Below are positions 16,501-23,049 of a stretch of 41,061 nucleotides of DNA, in pieces; position 1 is the stretch's first letter; each line of letters begins with the position of its first letter. The position numbers were made by a program, and so were the translations under genes. The notes beneath the pieces are model-generated. The model saw only the letters and a list, made by a program, of their open reading frames with translations. It searched no databases and had not been told where the DNA came from. This DNA comes from a virus, in the IMG/VR virus record IMGVR_UViG_3300045988_053295, positions 1-41,061 of that record, one strand, 5' to 3'.

Positions 16501-17142
16501 AGCTGCCTGCTGCGCGTCGCGTTTCGCGGCTTCGCGGTCAATGGTGGCCGTATAGGTCTTGCCGTCTTTCTTGACAGTGATACTGCCGTCCTCGTTTCGC
16601 GTCCATAGCGAACCGTCGGAAGCTTCTGCCATGTCCCCGGCTCTCTGTAACTTTTCTGACAGAGAGACACCTTTGGCTGAACCGATTCTGTACTCCGGCT
16701 GCATAGCCTGTTGAACCGCCTGATTCAGCTGCTCGTCGCTGATTTTGGCCTTTTCGCCGTCCTGCGTCAGTCCGGCAGTTACCGCGTCCGTCGCCTGCCG
16801 CGCCTTTTCAGACGCAAGCACCTGTTCCGTCTGCGCCGGTGTGATTGCGTTCCGCGTCGTGTCTTGCTGCAGGGAATACGAAGGTGCAGCCTGATTCGTG
16901 CTGTCCAGAACCGGGGTGTTAATGGACGCGGGCTGTTCTGGTGTGTACTCCGGCGTGACCGGTGCGGCGGGTGCGGATACGCCCACTCTGCCGGTCATGG
17001 TCTGCCCGTTCTTCGTGACGGTAATGCTTCCGTCGGCTTCCTTTTTCCAGAGAGAACCGTCGGAAGCCTCCGCCATGTCGCCCGCTTGCAGCCTGTTCGC
17101 AAGCTCCTTGCCCTTATCGGAGTTGATAAAATAATCAGCCAT
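10555..17142 (-). CDS. Giant (2195 aa) multidomain virion protein, probably internal/ejected polyvalent protein
   Basis: Single uninterrupted ORF. It has repeated N-terminal modules, Gly/Ala-rich hydrophobic segments (about aa 545-650) and a low-GC insert carrying a DDVAHTFKRHG motif (aa 815-976). No tape-measure chaperone pair lies upstream. Confidence 0.8.
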   Translation of the reverse strand: MADYFINSDKGKELANRLQAGDMAEASDGSLWKKEADGSITVTKNGQTMTGRVGVSAPAAPVTPEYTPEQPASINTPVLDSTNQAAPSYSLQQDTTRNAITPAQTEQVLASEKARQATDAVTAGLTQDGEKAKISDEQLNQAVQQAMQPEYRIGSAKGVSLSEKLQRAGDMAEASDGSLWTRNEDGSITVKKDGKTYTATIDREAAKRDAQQAAAPVSSGTGSAGGSYSGGSGTYASSTSGTKKSAAKSALASTGPDVATLRKQAASAQKDMADIARQISANKARGKSSGDLESKYAEAKSRYDTARAQINAASAELTLVKKATAPEIKAAAASGQNARDSYSVQYTDTPSRAEVMRSYQERKEEAQKEARKNAWQSLPTVADADRFTINEAADAQTRGAEQQFFDSARRELQQNAWRSLPTVRDSERFSIPSQTDSLMQQAITQRQSAAQPQTDKGIGGKLFTMLGAGLGQFNSSIANFADAAATTVETVESYLNGGFTKDGKFVKGDSAFTSSLLQPIHNWAKYTQRTSDSLNERSAANWSDTKAGGVANTIGTGVIAALPQAALALLTLGTSSAGTLTQASSGLAGSIETVMRRISSDPSYWLSFMQETGGNFAEAKGAGATDEQAILASTIAGLANAAIEVGGGLENNDWMNDGTLSALSKAKNLIKGAVEEGGEELIQNPISRAMQKLVYDGDREWLSLDNTAQGRDAVFNPYQSAEEFATGAAVGGILGAGNFALNRAFGSRSQNQAQNTQLTQDEMLDASVQAALRGETLTAPAQAANQNTQQTTRPAQERGAESVITGGESLAPNGLKKFNLQEVVNLSTGKKNVIISTVQDFKKFIQSALSNRSEFKRAYLGKVTDAAAQMAQNAGMDISDYTVMMSSDDVAHTFKRHGSAKAEADSGQIAVTPDSLSLLTEVISAPDSVDLSAHSDTRGRPVLLFKKYIDGNYVAVEAVSDSRKTISTDTMYIQKKNPHVTEYNAFFDESPVHNAQSDLPQGSSNWTVPQSSGSVNQNVSANDMGAMRSQFESVPKQSQTQSNTIGSMEADWNVPESQRTPIMYDTISEARSLDNARLRLAQDYAGEMAELRGKHNWSGEEVDMGMTILDNYRRAAEQTGDWTEYSNWRKEVSAHGTAAGQALQAYAKYSRQTGGGIVADASAALERAAKKTNKAEIMNRVNTLAQQYDAAVGTGQENAKVNVNDLVDIIKSASTVRKAGTLIGNKTPPIVNWAMNRIANYARSEAQSGGGENLDFLRTFAADSIYNIAADTRTVSAGEQVKTVRRMGMLSKVSTVMRNLVSNNVFDPVDSVARNISVPLDMLVSTITGTRSVAGDASWFSAAKRKGSMDGLARACMEVGLDVDTSGGMSKYENTANRTFKMSGGVFSKLMSVWEAYEGYTLNATDEFQKGGIEASVQKGIDRLYEKGKIKDDSLRDAGKQEALYRTFQDKTVLSDAAIGVRNALNKAHIGDIGAGDIVLPFAQVPSNLGARAIEYSPAGLLVSAADFINMLDSAKKGNLTAAQQAKAVQGVGRALTGSGMIAIAAAGALRGWLKVTGDDEDKNKDALGKTHGLDGTQLNISAALRDLRGESTEWQNGDTLLSIGFLDPLNAQLTTGALIADDIRSEAGVTAGRVLGNSLSGALQSVLDTPVMSTMQDVVNNYQYSDASTPGGKMLDAAQKYAANQLSSVIPNALRGIAQGLDDTERNAYSSDNVWQQAVDNAKASIPGLRETLPAKTDVWGNPVKNEGGVRNFLNRNVNPGNITTYKTDAVSSEIEKISDATGNSLYPDRTAPRSVKVDGESVSLTFEQRSIYQKAYGDAFSAAVTALMNDKNYKSMPDSMKAEILKQAKDVAAESAKDKLGIGYEMKASAQKILEKSGAERNNAMISAAVKAQHYLSDDTKKQLSGVENQYKGADYIGLSDELVASATEKANAYFEALEASKYGGKLTDTQKELAGKGSKELAQHFMEKAIEARYSDANKNGTKADEYLAAYKNGEINDAVALAVLSDKEIKAYDRYGRNAKVTPTMALQAANAHAGMKDVKDEDGKVTESAESQFDAWLDKQKWTEDQKSAIRMGFYTDNTKTYTYLSEQLRKGNISTSSAKSELSPSYQAGWSHNVKDTGAEMADYIDAIVEYEERPSEDERKAAGYKNAWTWFCDYLNSTDLTQEQKYAIAISVYDYGDSTKKKIWDRLR

Positions 17143-17148
17143 ATGCCC

Positions 17149-18852
17149 TTATCCCTTAATATCCGCTTCCATTTCTACGCCGTCTTTCGTGACGTAAACC
17201 TTGCCGTTCGGCGATTTCCGCCATACAGAGCCGTCCGAAGCGTAATATTTGTTTCCAACTTGCAGATTTCCGGCGATACCTTTGCCCTTTTCGCTACCGA
17301 TCACATACTTGTTGGTCGAATACCCCCTTGCCGTTTCGGCCATACTGGCCGTAGTCTTGCTGACTTTCTGGTAAGGGATACCATAACTCTTGTAGTTCGT
17401 CGCGAGGTAATTTTCAACGTTGTCGATGCCGCCTGCTTTGTTGATGATGTTGATGTAATACTCTGCCCACTCGATCTCATTCTGCGTGGCCTGCTTGAAC
17501 GAACTGCCGCCGGACGAACTCTTGCCGTAATACCCGCCGGAGGATACGATCTGCTGCGCCTTGTTGTACATTTCGTTGAGCTGCTCCGTATTGCCGCCGC
17601 TGATACCGAGAAGTTCAGCATACGCAGAAGCGTTGCTTCCGGCGGAACTCATGACAGAGCTGTTGAGGATATTGAACATCTGCAACGCACGGTCTGCGTC
17701 GGCCTTTGCCGCGCTTGTAAGACTTTCGTCCACGCGCACAGCCTCTTCGTACAGCGCCTTTGCCAGATTCAGGTCATTGTCGGCCTGCGCTTTCTGGATC
17801 GCGCTCTGGTACTGCTGTCCAAGAAGCACGCGCTGACGCTCGATCTCGGCGCGCTTCTCCGCCTCAGACTGGCGCAGATTGTTCATGTTCGCAGAAAGCT
17901 GGTTCTGCTGGGCAAGCTCCGCCTGCCCGCCCGTGCCAGAGTTCAGTCCGCGCGCGTTCGCGTACTCCTGAAATGCCTGCCGGTTGCGGTCTGCTTCCGC
18001 CTGTGCCTGCCGCTGCTGCTCGTAATAGATGCTGCCGAGCTTGCCTTCCTCCGCGCCGAGATCGGAAAGATTCTGGTTGTAGTCGCTTTCCAGCTGGGAT
18101 TTGTTTGCCGCAAGGCTGGCTTCGTACATCTTGCGAATCATTTCTTCCTGGCTGGTCGCAGACGGCGTTTTATAATCTCCGAGCTGGTTTAGATACTTTC
18201 TGTACCAGTCGTAGATGGTGCCGCCTCCGGCAGAAGAACCAGTGCCGACCACTGCGCCAACGTCGGTTCCAGTGCTCGTTTTATTGCCGGGCGTAAATCC
18301 CGGGTCAATGTCGCCGCCTGCTCCGCCCTGCGAAACGCCGATACTAGGGTCTAGCGGGTCGCGGTTTACTGCTCCGCCGGTCGGGGGGCTCGTTGTTCCG
18401 CCGAATCCCGGCTGCGGCTGACCGCCTGCTGGCGGATTGACCGGCGCAGTGTCTGTCCCGGGCGTTTTGCCCGGGCCAAAAGAGAACTCCGGGTCAAGCG
18501 TCCTCGGTATGTCTGCTGTGGAAAGATTGCCCTGCACCAGTGAGCCGCCCTGATTCCCGCTGCCCTGATTTGCAGAAGCCTCCGGGGACTGTGCGTTCCC
18601 GAACCGCTTGTTTCCATCATAGGCAGTCCAGTTTTCCATGTAGCTTTCCGCAACCCCGTTAGAGCTTCCGCCTGCGGGCTTGTCGCTCTGCGTCGGCTGT
18701 TGCACGCCTTTTACAACGGCCTGCCCGCCCGGCGGCTGCCATGGAAGGGTGATATCATCCCCGCGAGGTTGACGCAGTTGCAGCCTCCCGCCATTTCCTA
18801 CCGGTGAATCCAGCGCCGTTTTCTTCCAGATATTACCATCTTTGATTCTCAT
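17149..18852 (-). CDS. Virion-module protein (567 aa): Gly/Pro-rich N-terminus, Q/A-rich coiled coil
   Basis: Clean ORF. Its C-terminal 50 aa repeat the module found twice at the start of the giant protein. Confidence 0.7.
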   Translation of the reverse strand: MRIKDGNIWKKTALDSPVGNGGRLQLRQPRGDDITLPWQPPGGQAVVKGVQQPTQSDKPAGGSSNGVAESYMENWTAYDGNKRFGNAQSPEASANQGSGNQGGSLVQGNLSTADIPRTLDPEFSFGPGKTPGTDTAPVNPPAGGQPQPGFGGTTSPPTGGAVNRDPLDPSIGVSQGGAGGDIDPGFTPGNKTSTGTDVGAVVGTGSSAGGGTIYDWYRKYLNQLGDYKTPSATSQEEMIRKMYEASLAANKSQLESDYNQNLSDLGAEEGKLGSIYYEQQRQAQAEADRNRQAFQEYANARGLNSGTGGQAELAQQNQLSANMNNLRQSEAEKRAEIERQRVLLGQQYQSAIQKAQADNDLNLAKALYEEAVRVDESLTSAAKADADRALQMFNILNSSVMSSAGSNASAYAELLGISGGNTEQLNEMYNKAQQIVSSGGYYGKSSSGGSSFKQATQNEIEWAEYYINIINKAGGIDNVENYLATNYKSYGIPYQKVSKTTASMAETARGYSTNKYVIGSEKGKGIAGNLQVGNKYYASDGSVWRKSPNGKVYVTKDGVEMEADIKG

Positions 18853-18862
18853 TCAGCACCTC

Positions 18863-19300
18863 TTATGCTGCCGTGAAATACTGTCCCACAAGTTCATGCG
18901 GGAGATACTGCAATGTTATCTTGTCCCCCGCTGCGGAGCCGGTGCGCTCACAGAGATACAGATTGCCGTCTTCCGGGTCTGTGTAATACAGACCGTAGGT
19001 GTATTCCATGCCGCGAGAAGCCGGAATTGGGTCGTCGTGCGTGCCTGTATGTTCTGCGTCAACTACAGCCCAAAGTGCAGGCGTGGCGCTGGGCTTCCAA
19101 TTTTCCTGCGAGGTATGCGCCTGACGGCATTTGTAGAGCTTGCCGCCGTTGCTTCTGCGGTCGCCGACGGCATAAGCAACGGGATATGCCCATGCAGGAA
19201 ACAGTTCCACCGCCTTTGCCGCGTCTGTATCATTCAGGCTTTCGGCTGCCTTGACGATGTACGGGCGCAGCGCCCGCGCTCTTTCTGTGTAAGTAGCCAT
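18863..19300 (-). CDS. Protein with carbohydrate-binding (CBM5/12-like) motif
   Basis: ATG at 19300 follows GGGGAGG. The segment YAVGDRRSNGGKLYKCRQAHTSQENWKPSATPALWAVV matches the Y..GD.V...G.lY.c.q.H.s...W.P....aLW pattern. Confidence 0.55.
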   Translation of the reverse strand: MATYTERARALRPYIVKAAESLNDTDAAKAVELFPAWAYPVAYAVGDRRSNGGKLYKCRQAHTSQENWKPSATPALWAVVDAEHTGTHDDPIPASRGMEYTYGLYYTDPEDGNLYLCERTGSAAGDKITLQYLPHELVGQYFTAA

Positions 19301-19301
19301 A

Positions 19302-19709
19302 TTATTCAGCCTCCCCAAGAAGAATTTTCGCAGCCTGCTCCGCATCGGCGGAGACTTCGCGCAACAACTCCGTTTCCGTTTTCTTGCCCATCTTGCAGGT
19401 ACACGTCCCGTCGCGGTTATCCGTGATCGGGCCTGCGACGCAAAAATCGGAGTTGTCCCACTCCTGCACAGATTCCTGTGTTTCGCCCGTCGGCTGGCCG
19501 CTTTCATCGTATACCGGGACGGTGCCGCGCTCAACGATATACCAATGCAGTCCGTTCACAAACAGCTGCGCGGCCTGCGCATATGTCGCCGTCAGCGTGA
19601 CAGCCTTGGATTCCCGGTTGCCCCAGTCCCGATCAACGAGCTTTCCGTCGATACTTGCCGGGTGTTCTGTGCCGTTTGCCTTAAAATAGATCATATATAC
19701 CTCCGTCAT
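19302..19709 (-). CDS. Hypothetical virion-module protein
   Basis: 135-aa ORF. An alternative ATG at 19694 (MIYFKANG) lies 5 nt after GGAGG. Confidence 0.55.
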   Translation of the reverse strand: MTEVYMIYFKANGTEHPASIDGKLVDRDWGNRESKAVTLTATYAQAAQLFVNGLHWYIVERGTVPVYDESGQPTGETQESVQEWDNSDFCVAGPITDNRDGTCTCKMGKKTETELLREVSADAEQAAKILLGEAE

Positions 19710-20173
19710 AATGTTTTGAGGGTTACATCCGCCTTGCTCCCATATTCTAAGCTGCTGGATCTGTCTATAACAATATTGCAGTTTCCCATCAACAGATACT
19801 CGTGGTTAACCTCGCCAGCCGTGCCAAGCGCCTTTTCAGCCACAGGGTAGCCGTCTATGAATATTCTTGCAGCAGAATTGGAAGACCCTCCTGCTACTAG
19901 CGTAATGGACGTTCCCCTCTCCAGTTCAAACGTCCCTTCGGTTCTTTTTTCCCCTTTTATAAGCACATAGCCCCAGTTATTTGCACTCGCATTTTTTGTC
20001 GTCACGGTAACTTGCACTGGGTAGCTTAATTTGATATTGTATGACGTTCCGCCAACCATCGTTCTTCCACCGTAAAGCCTGTAACCAGTTCCATCAATCT
20101 TTGCGGTGCCGCTTTTAACCGTGTAGGCCGTGCCGTTAATCAGTGTTCTATGACCCATACTCGCAAGCCTCAT
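19706..20173 (-). CDS. Hypothetical beta-rich protein in a low-GC segment (candidate receptor-binding component)
   Basis: 155 aa with repeated NGTAYTVKSGTAKIDGTGY and VGGTSYNIK-type strands. GC is visibly lower than in its neighbours. Confidence 0.5.
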   Translation of the reverse strand: MRLASMGHRTLINGTAYTVKSGTAKIDGTGYRLYGGRTMVGGTSYNIKLSYPVQVTVTTKNASANNWGYVLIKGEKRTEGTFELERGTSITLVAGGSSNSAARIFIDGYPVAEKALGTAGEVNHEYLLMGNCNIVIDRSSSLEYGSKADVTLKTL

Positions 20174-20355
20174 TCATACTGCCACGCGATTTGGCCGTTG
20201 ACAATCGGCGTGGTTTCTGCCGCAAACAACGCTTCGCCGCGTGCCATGTAGGACGTGTAGTTCGTGTCCTCCTCCGTGACGGCTGTAATTCTGCCGATCT
20301 TGTCGTTGATCGTTTTCTCGTCCGGACTGATCTGCTTTGGGAATAAATCAAGCAT
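20170..20355 (-). CDS. 61-aa protein consisting mainly of the fibre C-terminal cap motif
   Basis: ...TEEDTNYTSYMARGEALFAAETTPIVNGQIAWQYE parallels the last 34 aa of the collagen-like fibre. It has an ATGA overlap with the next gene. Confidence 0.5.
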   Translation of the reverse strand: MLDLFPKQISPDEKTINDKIGRITAVTEEDTNYTSYMARGEALFAAETTPIVNGQIAWQYE

Positions 20356-20367
20356 ATGCCGTCCTCC

Positions 20368-21099
20368 TTACATCAAGATATACGCGCACGGCAGATCGAG
20401 CGTCGGGACAGTCTGGCAGGAAAAGGTAATGCCCTCTTCATTCGCACTGTAGACCTTGACGCCGCACTTCGCCGCTTCCTGCCACTGCGCGAGCGTCGCA
20501 GAGGTGTCAAGTCCGACCGCATCGTTGCGCCCCGCGCCGATTTTGATCGCAACGGTCTGCTTGTTCTCCGCCCATCCCGCAGCTGTCAGAACGAATGTCG
20601 CGCCCTGCGATTTTTCCGCCTTGCCTGCGATCTTAGAGATCTCTGCGTCGCGGGTGACGTTCGCTGCGTTGATGGAAGAGATCGCAGCCGTGTTTTCGCT
20701 CGTTGCAGCTACGTTCTGCGTGACGATCTTGGCCAGGGCCGCAACGTCCGCAGACGCGCTGCCGCCGGACGAAATAGCGTCCTGCACCTGTTTTGTCAGC
20801 TTTTCCATGCCGACCGTGTTGTTCGGGATGGAACCGGCGGAAATGCCCGCAAGCTGCGCCTGCACGTTTTCAATCGCCGCCTGAATGGTGGCGGCATTGA
20901 CCGCAGCCGTCGGCGTGAACGGCAGATTCGAGGCGATCAGGGCCGGGATAAGGACGGTGTTGATATAAACTTGCAGGGCAAGCCCGCCCTCGTCAAACTT
21001 GGCTTTCAGCTGCGCAGCCGAAAGACCGCCGACGTCGTTCGGATAATCGTCCAGCTTCTGAATGATACTGAGATCAGTATCCAGTTTCGGAATGCTCAC
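20368..21099 (-). CDS. Fibre-like structural protein (243 aa)
   Basis: The N-terminus DLSIIQKLDDYPNDVGGLSAAQLKAKFDEGG is the type I associate with Firmicutes phage fibre proteins, followed by an Ala/Ser-rich stalk. It lies directly after the portal gene. Confidence 0.55.
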   Translation of the reverse strand: MSIPKLDTDLSIIQKLDDYPNDVGGLSAAQLKAKFDEGGLALQVYINTVLIPALIASNLPFTPTAAVNAATIQAAIENVQAQLAGISAGSIPNNTVGMEKLTKQVQDAISSGGSASADVAALAKIVTQNVAATSENTAAISSINAANVTRDAEISKIAGKAEKSQGATFVLTAAGWAENKQTVAIKIGAGRNDAVGLDTSATLAQWQEAAKCGVKVYSANEEGITFSCQTVPTLDLPCAYILM

Positions 21100-22797
21100 T
21101 TATGCCACCCCCGTTTTGTTGAGCGCCCTTTGAAGTTCCCCGTAGCCGCTGCCGCCGTTGACCGGGATCTGCCCGGCCTGCGGTGTCTCCGGTACGAGAT
21201 TCCCGCTTGTCGCGCCCTGATTCATCTGCGACATGGCCTGATTGCCTTTCAGCTTGTCGATCAGCTCTTGCCGCTTGGAAACATAGCCCTCCGGAATCCG
21301 TTCCAGATAGTCTACCAGCTCGATCTTGCCCTGCATGAGCAGATTGTCGAGCGTCTGCACCGTCGTGATCTCCGACCAGTACGCCGACGCGCCGACGTCC
21401 AGCTTCAGCGAAAGCGGGATCTTGTTCAGAATCTCAAAGTCAAACGGCGTGTTGAAGTCCTGCTCCGGCAGGGTCATGCCGAGCGGCTGAGAATTCAGCT
21501 GGTCTTTCGTCAACATCTTCACCTGAACATACCGCGTACCGTAGTACACGCGCATATGGTCAAGATAAATGCGCCCCAGCTCTTCAATGGATTCATACAT
21601 ATTCAGCTTGACCAGTTCCAGCGGCGCATTCGACGCACGCTGCAAGGCCACAATAGCCGATGTGTTATCCGGGCGCGTATCGCCAAGCGCCGCGTCAGAC
21701 GCGCCCATGAAGTTCTGCGTATAATTGATCGCACTGTCGATGAACTGCGATACCTGCGGACTGATCGTCGCCGGGTCAAGGATCTTCGCGACGTTATTGA
21801 CGTCGCCGCCGTTAATGCCGATGGCCGCGCCGACGCGGCTGTCCCAGCGCGGAACGCGCGTCTTATCGTAGACGATCTTCGGGAACGCCGTTGTCATAAG
21901 GGACAGCATCGACATGGCGAACAGCTTATTGACGAAGATCTGATTCGGGATCAGCTCTGCGATCAGCGCCTGTCCGTGGTAGCAGTCCTGCACATAGTCC
22001 CACGGCATCCATGTAATCGGGTAAAGCTTCAGTTCCGTGTCCTTCTCCGGCTCTACCTCTACGTCCTTCGTACACTGATAGCTGTGGATCGTCCCGGTGT
22101 CTTCGTCCTTCCAGAGATAGACAATGAGTGTGCAAAGCTTGTCCTGCAATGTGTCCATCTGGTTGTTGAAGTCTTCGGTATCAGGCCGGATCCGGTCGAG
22201 ATCGTCCTTTTTGGCCCCGTTGCGTTTGGCCATGCGGCGTACTTCTTCCACCATCAGGCGGCGCGGGATGATGATATACGGCTGCGTCTGCACGCGCCGG
22301 TCGTTTGGGTTGCCGAAGATCACGCGCGTATTCTCGATGATCTCCGTGACAATATCACCCTTGGCCTCCTGCCCGGTTTCGATATCCGGGTCGAAGTATG
22401 TATACGTCGCGCCGTCGCCGTCGACCGCCGCATTGCGCATAAACTGGCGCGTCAGCGTCACGACCTTGTTCCGCTCAAAAATAGCCGCAAACTGCTTATT
22501 CATAACGTCGGCGACCTTCTCAAGATCGCCGAGCGAATACATACTGGTCGAGCCGAGCGGGGAGGCCTGCATGGACAGGTTGTCGCTGGAGATCGTCGCG
22601 ATCTGAAACAACGCCACGCGCTTTAAAAAGTTGAAGACCGGCGTCGGCAGGCCGTTGCTTTCTACGCCCTCCCACTGCTTGCCGATAAAGAAGTTTTCGT
22701 TCTTCTGCACCGTGTCGTACAAATTCAGCTGCGTGTTGACCTGTACGCCTCGGTCGTATCTGCGATACGCCTTATCAGGCGTCATTTTCTCTTTCAT
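21100..22797 (-). CDS. Portal protein
   Basis: 565 aa. Motifs are NENFFIGKQWEG...GLPTPVFNFLKRV, YHGQALIAELIPNQ and GDTRPDNTSAIVALQRA. Confidence 0.75.
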   Translation of the reverse strand: MKEKMTPDKAYRRYDRGVQVNTQLNLYDTVQKNENFFIGKQWEGVESNGLPTPVFNFLKRVALFQIATISSDNLSMQASPLGSTSMYSLGDLEKVADVMNKQFAAIFERNKVVTLTRQFMRNAAVDGDGATYTYFDPDIETGQEAKGDIVTEIIENTRVIFGNPNDRRVQTQPYIIIPRRLMVEEVRRMAKRNGAKKDDLDRIRPDTEDFNNQMDTLQDKLCTLIVYLWKDEDTGTIHSYQCTKDVEVEPEKDTELKLYPITWMPWDYVQDCYHGQALIAELIPNQIFVNKLFAMSMLSLMTTAFPKIVYDKTRVPRWDSRVGAAIGINGGDVNNVAKILDPATISPQVSQFIDSAINYTQNFMGASDAALGDTRPDNTSAIVALQRASNAPLELVKLNMYESIEELGRIYLDHMRVYYGTRYVQVKMLTKDQLNSQPLGMTLPEQDFNTPFDFEILNKIPLSLKLDVGASAYWSEITTVQTLDNLLMQGKIELVDYLERIPEGYVSKRQELIDKLKGNQAMSQMNQGATSGNLVPETPQAGQIPVNGGSGYGELQRALNKTGVA

Positions 22798-23039
22798 CGC
22801 TTGTCACCCTGCGGCCTGCCGTCATACCCGAAGATATTATTCATGCCGTCCATCATTTTTTGCATTTGCTCCTGCATACGGCGCTCGTCCTCGGACGGCT
22901 CCGGCTTCGGCACGTCCTGCTCCTGCTTCCGTTCCTCCTGAATCGGCTTGTGCCGCACAAGCACATAGCCGAGGATACAGACCGCGATCTGACAGGCCAG
23001 AATCAAAAGCTGCAAAATCAATCCAAGAATCATTTCCAT
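22794..23039 (-). CDS. Small N-terminally anchored membrane protein
   Basis: 81 aa with LGLILQLLILACQIAVCILGYVLV followed by a charged tail. Confidence 0.5.
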   Translation of the reverse strand: MEMILGLILQLLILACQIAVCILGYVLVRHKPIQEERKQEQDVPKPEPSEDERRMQEQMQKMMDGMNNIFGYDGRPQGDKR

Positions 23040-23049
23040 GGGTTTCCTC

